A stretch of 63,985 nucleotides of DNA, counting the filler, from Licmophora abbreviata (lineage: Eukaryota): assembly GCA_900291995.1 (NCBI GenBank). It is 15 parts of 15 records of this genome, joined end to end, with 100 filler letters (N's around TTAATTAATTAA, not from the genome) between each part and the next. Parts side by side here need not be neighbours in the genome. Positions count along the whole stretch, not along the records: positions 55,113 to 61,551 come from OLMU01005959.1; positions 61,652 to 62,874 come from OLMU01005960.1; positions 62,975 to 63,985 come from OLMU01005982.1; 12 more parts are not named here. One strand, written 5' to 3'. The stretch's first letter is position 1. Every line of letters starts with the position of its first letter. Below, piece by piece: positions 58,070 through 63,985 of the stretch. The notes under the pieces are model-generated. The model saw only the letters and a list, made by a program, of their open reading frames with translations, was not told the DNA's origin and did no database searches. A program made the translations under genes and the position numbers.

Positions 58070-59299
58070 CTCCCCAGAACGACTTTCCTTGCAACGCTTG
58101 ATGCTACACTTGCAACGACAGTATATTCCACAGTGGCTTGCGACAAGTGTCGCGGTAGAGGGCTCGCTCGACACATACACGGGTGAGGCACGGCGGCGGA
58201 AAAGATTGGCGTGCAGTTTGTCCTGGTGAGCAGCGAGTATCATCTCTGTAGCATGAACGATATTCACGTGCGGTCTCCCAATCAATCCTGGTTGCGTCCA
58301 ATTCAACGGCAAGAGTGGCAACCGCAACAAGGACAACCGAGCAATAATTACAATACATTTCATTCCGAGTCTGACGATGATGATGACGACGACGATGAGT
58401 TTTGGGACGACGACGACCATCATCACTTTGAGAACCAGCAACACGCGAGAATAGGCCAATCTACAAGAGGCCGGTCTTCGCTCAATGGCGTCGTGGAAAC
58501 GTCATGGAATTATCAGTATGCAACGTATCCTTACATTTACGCAAAGGAAGACACTACAGCATTCATGGGACGATGCTACTTGTTGGGACAGGAGCTCATG
58601 CCTCTCTTGGTGAATCTCCGTGGCGTTGTGGCGGAGGTAAGTAGACAAAATCAATATGGGTTCTTGGCTCTTGTGTGTGACACCGACTCATCCTTCGCCG
58701 ATGCATCGCATTCTACTTTTACTATACTTGCGCAGAAAGAGTTTTGTCAACGCGACAATTATCTAGTGCTCTCTTCCATTCGCCGATCGCTCGTCACGTA
58801 CATGGAAAAGTTGTACGAAACGCAACCCTTCCTTCGCGATGAACTTCGGGATGTCGCCACCAACGACATGAACGTCATCTTGGAGGGTGCCGTTTTGTCG
58901 CTTGGCAGATGCATGGATCTACTGCGACCGGCTGGACTGTTGGTGGGGAGTGTGAATAAGAGTGACTATAGTAAGGCGTTGCGATTGTTGGAACATGCAG
59001 TGGGGCAGATTCAGCGTTACTGTGATCCGGACCTTCCTCTGGAGCCGCATCAATGGGGAAAATTGCGGATGAGTGAAACGATGGAACAAGAATCGGAAGA
59101 GGTGGAGCTGCAGGTGCATCCGGAGGTAGCAGCCGAGCAGGCTGTTGCCGCACAAGAGCTGGCGGCGGCCTCAAGAAAAGCGAAGGACGGTGATGAGAGC
59201 GATCAAGAGAAAGTCAGCGAACCCTTCAAAGCGATGCAATCGAAGGCTAGGCGCGTGGTAGAGAACGACTTGGCAAAGGACGACCCGAACGAAACTTAG
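56919..59299 (+). CDS. DUF218 (YdcF/ElyC)-like protein with probable N-terminal targeting peptide
   Basis: VVFGKSL...EYAARI, ICFCGG, LVSSEYHL resemble DUF218 motifs. The N-terminus ends in VDAF. Needs a 1-nt frameshift in the A-run at about 58200. Probable 99-nt intron at 58637-58735. Confidence 0.6.
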
Positions 59300-59663
59300 A
59301 GTTATTAGGAAGACCCCAAGAATGTCGACGAAAAGATTTAGACTCTAGAGAGTAGGTTCTTGTACGACGCTAGCTCTAGTTGAAAGTAACGCGGGATAGA
59401 ATTACTTAGCCTCTTTCTGTGCTTAGACTTTATACGGTAGCTATCCTCCAAGCTATGAGCCCCACAACCGTATTTCTGCCTGCGCGCCAATCGTAGTAGA
59501 AGTGCCGGCAGAAAAGAGGCGTCGAGGGATAAGATTCAAAACATGTCCAACTAGGCCGCGTGTTTGGACATGGAACAATGTCGAGAGAGTGCCCGTCTGC
59601 CAATATACACATACATACATGAATGTGGAATAACATTCTCGTTAAGTAATATCCGTTGGATGA

Positions 59664-61001
59664 TTGATAGCACGTTTTGGTACTTCAACTCTACTTATGG
59701 ATTCGCGCCAGCTCAGTGTTTTGTTCGCATTGCAATGCCGAAGCCTTTTTTTGAAAGGGAAGCCAATGTCACTTTCCTTCGTGCGTCTCCGACCAACAAT
59801 GACGAACGCTTTTTCCGTCTCTTCCACAAGTTCGACCGCCATGGACACCACCAGTCGATCTGAGGAGCTTTCCTTGTCCCCGGACGGTTCGGTGGACACC
59901 CGAAACGCGTCAGATAGGGACAGAATGTCAGCAGACAGAAAACTTGCCGCCAAGCCTACGGTGGACGACACTGTGGCGCTGGAAGAAGCCAAGATTCTCC
60001 ATCGCGTCGCTAGCATGACCATTTCTTGCCTTCAGTCGCCTTCCGCCACTGCAGAAGTCTCGTTCTCTGTCGAAGACGTGTCAGTGGGGCCTCGCGAAGC
60101 TCATAGTACGACTGTAGCATCGACAGCGACGCCAGTCATGCAACGCCACCATCACCCCTCTTCCAAACTTATGCCCGCCCGGCCATGGACGTCTCCTCTC
60201 CGCAAACGCAAGCTTCACCCTCGACGCCCCAAGGCATTGAAAGCACCAGCCGCGACTACAATGACGACTCCTTACCAAGCACCACCTCCGACTACGACTC
60301 CCACAACAAGCAACGACAGCTCTTCCAAGACACCACTCGCTTCCAATGCTTTGTATGGCGGCGGTCCAGCAAAGAAGCGTCGCGGTCTCTTGGCTACGGC
60401 ACCCCTGTTCCCGATTGATATTCTAGAAGCAAACGACACGGACCCTTCGACCACGTCGCACTTTGATACCTACGAACGTCGTATTGTGAGACTGGCTGCA
60501 GCCGCGGCGTCTTTGCCCAGGCGTCCTAGCAATCATCTCTTCCTCGCAACCGATGACGACAACAATGTACCTTCCTTGACGCCCTCCTTGGCTCAATCCC
60601 CCAACGCTTCTTCTGTTGTACTCATTTCCTCAAATGACACGACTCCTGAAGAAACACCTACAGTCTTGGTCCGTGATGCCGGCGTCGCTGACAACGACAA
60701 CCTTGTCACTCCTGCACTACTTGCGCCGTCCACGTGGGACAACACTGGCACCCCTTCGTACCGTCGTCGAAATCTCTTGAAGATGCGTCGTTCCAACCAT
60801 AGAAAGAGTGGACATATCAAGAGTGTTGCATCGGCTCCTTCGTTGCCGTGCCTCCTGTCACCATTTCAACAGCAGCAGCCGGATGATAACTTGTATGCGA
60901 TGACTGCCGAAACGCCACTCCAGTCGTTGGCGCGAAGTATGACTTCGCCTTCCACCGCAAAATCCCCCTTTAGTCCCATTGTCTTTCCTCACGTCCTGTA
61001 A
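59664..61001 (+). CDS. Hypothetical Ser/Thr/Pro-rich, probably disordered protein
   Basis: 445-aa ORF with NLS-like patches (LRKRKL, PAKKRR). No recognisable domain; start uncertain. Confidence 0.55.
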   Translation: MIARFGTSTLLMDSRQLSVLFALQCRSLFLKGKPMSLSFVRLRPTMTNAFSVSSTSSTAMDTTSRSEELSLSPDGSVDTRNASDRDRMSADRKLAAKPTVDDTVALEEAKILHRVASMTISCLQSPSATAEVSFSVEDVSVGPREAHSTTVASTATPVMQRHHHPSSKLMPARPWTSPLRKRKLHPRRPKALKAPAATTMTTPYQAPPPTTTPTTSNDSSSKTPLASNALYGGGPAKKRRGLLATAPLFPIDILEANDTDPSTTSHFDTYERRIVRLAAAAASLPRRPSNHLFLATDDDNNVPSLTPSLAQSPNASSVVLISSNDTTPEETPTVLVRDAGVADNDNLVTPALLAPSTWDNTGTPSYRRRNLLKMRRSNHRKSGHIKSVASAPSLPCLLSPFQQQQPDDNLYAMTAETPLQSLARSMTSPSTAKSPFSPIVFPHVL

Positions 61002-61651
61002 GGACACAAGGCGACGACGACGACGACGAAGAACGGGACAAACTCCTTTACGTTTTGTAAACAGCAATAGAATAGGATAGGCCTCCTTTCACTATTAGAT
61101 TCGATATGGGATCGACCAATATGAACGAGCTACAGCTATCCTCTGGTACATGCAGTAGTAGTAGTAGTAGCGTATACTATCGTGACAATGCTATCAATAC
61201 CGCCGTTATACACGTCGAACCTCTCATCTTCGAGCCGCCTTGTAAACCACACACGATCCAGCCCTCAAGCGCAAGCACAACCCTCCCAGCAGTCGGAACG
61301 CAGCCCCTTCTCTCTCTCTCTCTCTCTCTCTTTTGTGGATTTGGCATTCTTTTTTCTTCTTCCTTCTCTCTCGCTAATATATGTAGCAGTCGTCGCACTA
61401 CACTACGCCTGTTCCAAAATACCCTCCACTTTGACCATTCCCTTTTCCTGCCACCCCAGAGTTCTCCACATCCGTTCCAACTCTTCCTCCGATCCCTGCA
61501 CCGTAATTTCATTGATCGTTTCCTCATCATTACTCGCCAGCTTCACACTACNNNNNNNNNNNNNNNNNNNNNNNNNNNNNNNNNNNNNNNNNNNNTTAAT
61601 TAATTAANNNNNNNNNNNNNNNNNNNNNNNNNNNNNNNNNNNNNNNNNNNN

Positions 61652-62422
61652 AATCATCCTCCCGATCACCACTCTTCCAATAATAGACGCCCGCATAGGG
61701 ACTCAGAGCGACCATCCAGAACCAATTGATGGGTGCGTCCTGAAACTGAATCTGGAGGACGAGTGCCAGACTGGCCATGCCCAGAGCCGTGCAAAAGACC
61801 AAAAAGAAGGCTTGACTGACACTGCGCTGCACCAAGCCGCGAAATGTAATGGTCTCGCCGGCCTCGACGACCTCGTAATTGTTGGCCTTCATGTCTGTGT
61901 TGATGTGACAGTAGTGAAATAAAATGATTGCGAGAGAGTCAGTCGATGCAGGATGGAAGCAACGCCATGAAAGAGTTCTCTGCTCTGTTGCAATACTAGA
62001 ATGTAAAATTACGTACACGCCATGATTTCTCCCGCTTGCGTGCGGAGATCTTTGCCCGTGTTCGTACTGTTCTCGCCCGGACTGACGTAGGTTTTTCGTT
62101 TCACCTTGGCCGAAGTGCTGCGTTTGACTTGCGACCAGAGACCTGGAAAGGACATGAGGTACAAGCCCAAAACAGTGTAGTAGGATAGTTTGGAATAACC
62201 AATCTCGCCAGAAGCAGGAAGAGGAGTGTCGGAGAGTGATAGCAGCGACAGAGAAGAGTCCAACACGTGGGAAGGATCGACAAGGTTCAATTTTGTAGAA
62301 ACAGAAACACTCGGACTGATGCTTCTACTCTTGCTGGAGACTTTCGAGAAGGACGTGGGTGCCACAAAAGCATGAGTGCCAGTGGCGACCAGGGCCAACA
62401 CCAGAACTAGCGAGCGCATCAT
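61652..62422 (-). CDS. CCB1: Plastid CCB1 (cytochrome b6 heme ci assembly), 3' truncated; exons 62422-62017 and 61894-61652
   Basis: Bipartite presequence MMRSLVLVLALVATGTHA-FVAP; SYYTVLGLYLMSFPGLWSQVKRS..KVKRKTY; AGEIMAYMKANNY (spliced T|AC); ITFRGLVQRSVSQAFFL; LSPYAGVYYW. Confidence 0.88.
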
Positions 62423-62974
62423 CGTCTACTGCAGTCAACAACTGTACGATAGGATACTACACAAGTCGAGGTCGTGGCGTCGTTTCGCACTTGTGTCGCT
62501 CTGATGCTAACTGTATGTCTGTGTGTGTGGTGATGGGCTCCGCGAGAGGCTGACGCACACACGAAGAACCGCGCGCTCTCGCACACACGCTTGGAAAGGT
62601 CCATTCCAAAATTTGGAGCCCGGGGCGCCAAAACGGGACCCGTCGCGAGCAAAACAGCTACACAAAAGGTGGCAGCACAGCGGCGGAGAGATCCGAATGA
62701 GAATCACACACAACAGTCGACGACAAGACCGATGGAATCACCCAGTGAAGAAGAGCCAAGGATGGTTTTAGGAAAAGAAGAAGAGGTTAATAATGATGGG
62801 GATGCTGTGCTGCAGATTGACACGACGACGACGACGACCGTCGAAGTTCCTAGCAGTATTTCTGCCGCGGAACCNNNNNNNNNNNNNNNNNNNNNNNNNN
62901 NNNNNNNNNNNNNNNNNNTTAATTAATTAANNNNNNNNNNNNNNNNNNNNNNNNNNNNNNNNNNNNNNNNNNNN

Positions 62975-63709
62975 GTCATAGGTGGCGATATGCATATCGC
63001 CGGTGTCGAGCCCGGCAATCTCGGTCTGCACATAGGCCGTGGTGGCGATCCGGGTGGAGGCGTCATGCTCGGCGGGCGTCGGCGCCGTCGGATTACCGGT
63101 CAACGCGGGCGAGGCCAGTGGCGCCTTGGCTGTGAGCGCTGCCTGCAGGCCAGTGACCTCAGCGATCCCATGGCCATGCGTGGTGGCAGCAAAAGCCGTG
63201 CTGCTCATCAGAGCCGCCGTGCCCAGTCCCAGCACGCTACGCTGTGCCACCACATCCGCCGCCGTCAAAACCGCGCGCCCGGCCAGGGTGCTGTCGGTGA
63301 TCTCATCCGCACCATGCCCATGGCTCGCGTCTGCCTTGCTGTCGAGCGCGACTTGTAGGCCCGTCACATCCGAGAGCCCATGGGTATGGTTGCTGTTGGC
63401 CTTGCCGGCAAGAAGCGTATCGAGCTGCGATTTGCGCACGAGGTCAGATCCGGCCGCTGCATCCTGCGCAGCCGCAGGCACACTGCTGAAGGTCTTCTTG
63501 CCGGCCACGCTCTGGGCGCCTGTCCTGGCCACAAAGGCGCCAAGCCCGGCCAGTGCGGCGATGAAGGTGGCATTGCCGGCCCCATCATCGCCCTTGCCGA
63601 TATAGAGCGTGTCATCCACCTCATTATGGGCGACCTCGCCGGATTTGAGCGCGGCCGGCGCACCGACCGCGCCGGACACGCGACGTTTGAACTGGATTGT
63701 ATTGGCCAT
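62975..63709 (-). CDS. Bacteriophage tail-fibre protein (3' truncated)
   Basis: N-terminus MANTIQFKRR..APAALKSGEVAHNEVDDTLYIG (Mtd_N-like); HxH..I.DVTGLQ.AL repeats; KAPLASPALTGNPTAPTP...IATTAYV fibre repeat. GC-rich and intron-less. Confidence 0.85.
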
Positions 63710-63936
63710 CAGAAGAACCCTCCGTTGATCGGCGCATCGGTTGGAAGAATGGTGATGCCGGGCGCCCCCTCATCACCCTTTGGCCCCGGGGGGCCGACGG
63801 CGCCATCAGGACCGGGCATGCCATGGACTCGGACCGCTACCGGCCCCGCAGAGAGGCTCACCCGTAGGCCTAAGTCCTCGAACGCGGTGATCCGGATCGG
63901 TACAGAGGCGCCGACCACTTCGATCGTGTCGCCCAT
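63709..63936 (-). CDS. Small phage collagen-like protein
   Basis: GMPGPDGAVGPPGPKGDEGAPG Gly-X-Y run. Its stop overlaps the next start (TGATG), and a GAGGG SD-like motif precedes the ATG. Confidence 0.7.
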   Translation of the reverse strand: MGDTIEVVGASVPIRITAFEDLGLRVSLSAGPVAVRVHGMPGPDGAVGPPGPKGDEGAPGITILPTDAPINGGFF

Positions 63937-63937
63937 C

Positions 63938-63985
63938 TTAAAGCCCTCGCGTCACGGGGAGCAGCACCGGGATCTCCAGCGCAAA
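63938..63985 (-). CDS. 3' end of an upstream phage gene (...FALEIPVLLPVTRGL*)
   Basis: Open frame to the window edge; its TAA lies 1 nt before the next ATG. Confidence 0.5.
   Translation of the reverse strand, partial: FALEIPVLLPVTRGL

Noticed and set aside
61177..61551. Charged minus-strand ORF at a contig end
   Set aside because: Low complexity, overlaps a CT microsatellite and is truncated; cannot be assigned.
62975..63709. Diversity-generating retroelement suggested by the Mtd_N-like N-terminus
   Set aside because: No reverse transcriptase or TR/VR pair in the window, and the C-terminus is truncated.

Overview
This window is a concatenation of 15 contig segments joined by 14 artificial 100-nt spacers (N-run + TTAATTAATTAA + N-run). 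Several spacers have duplicated flanks or interrupt a gene, so much of the window is one scaffold. Bases 1-62874 are gene-dense eukaryotic nuclear DNA with short GT-AG introns (mostly 85-140 nt) and signal peptide + 'AF' plastid presequences, consistent with a photosynthetic stramenopile, most likely a diatom. Recognisable genes: V-ATPase subunit E, a stand-alone PH protein, NSUN5, eIF2D, an XRN1-type exoribonuclease fused in frame to an intact proteasome beta5 subunit, a class-3 lipase-like protein, Sec16 with ten WW domains, a BEACH/WD40 protein, three ankyrin proteins interleaved with two paralogous type-II membrane proteins sharing a 14-Cys domain, GOS1, a formin with CCDC53-like repeats, a SnoaL-like protein, a beta-propeller membrane protein, MIOX, an FkbM-like methyltransferase, BolA, a DUF218-like protein and plastid CCB1. 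The last segment (62975-63985) is GC-rich, intron-less phage tail-fibre DNA. The standout is the XRN1-beta5 fusion, which keeps the HG|TTT autoprocessing site and has an internal signal/TM-like segment. Several 1-nt frameshifts look like sequencing or assembly errors. All family assignments come from motif recognition by eye; no searches were run.
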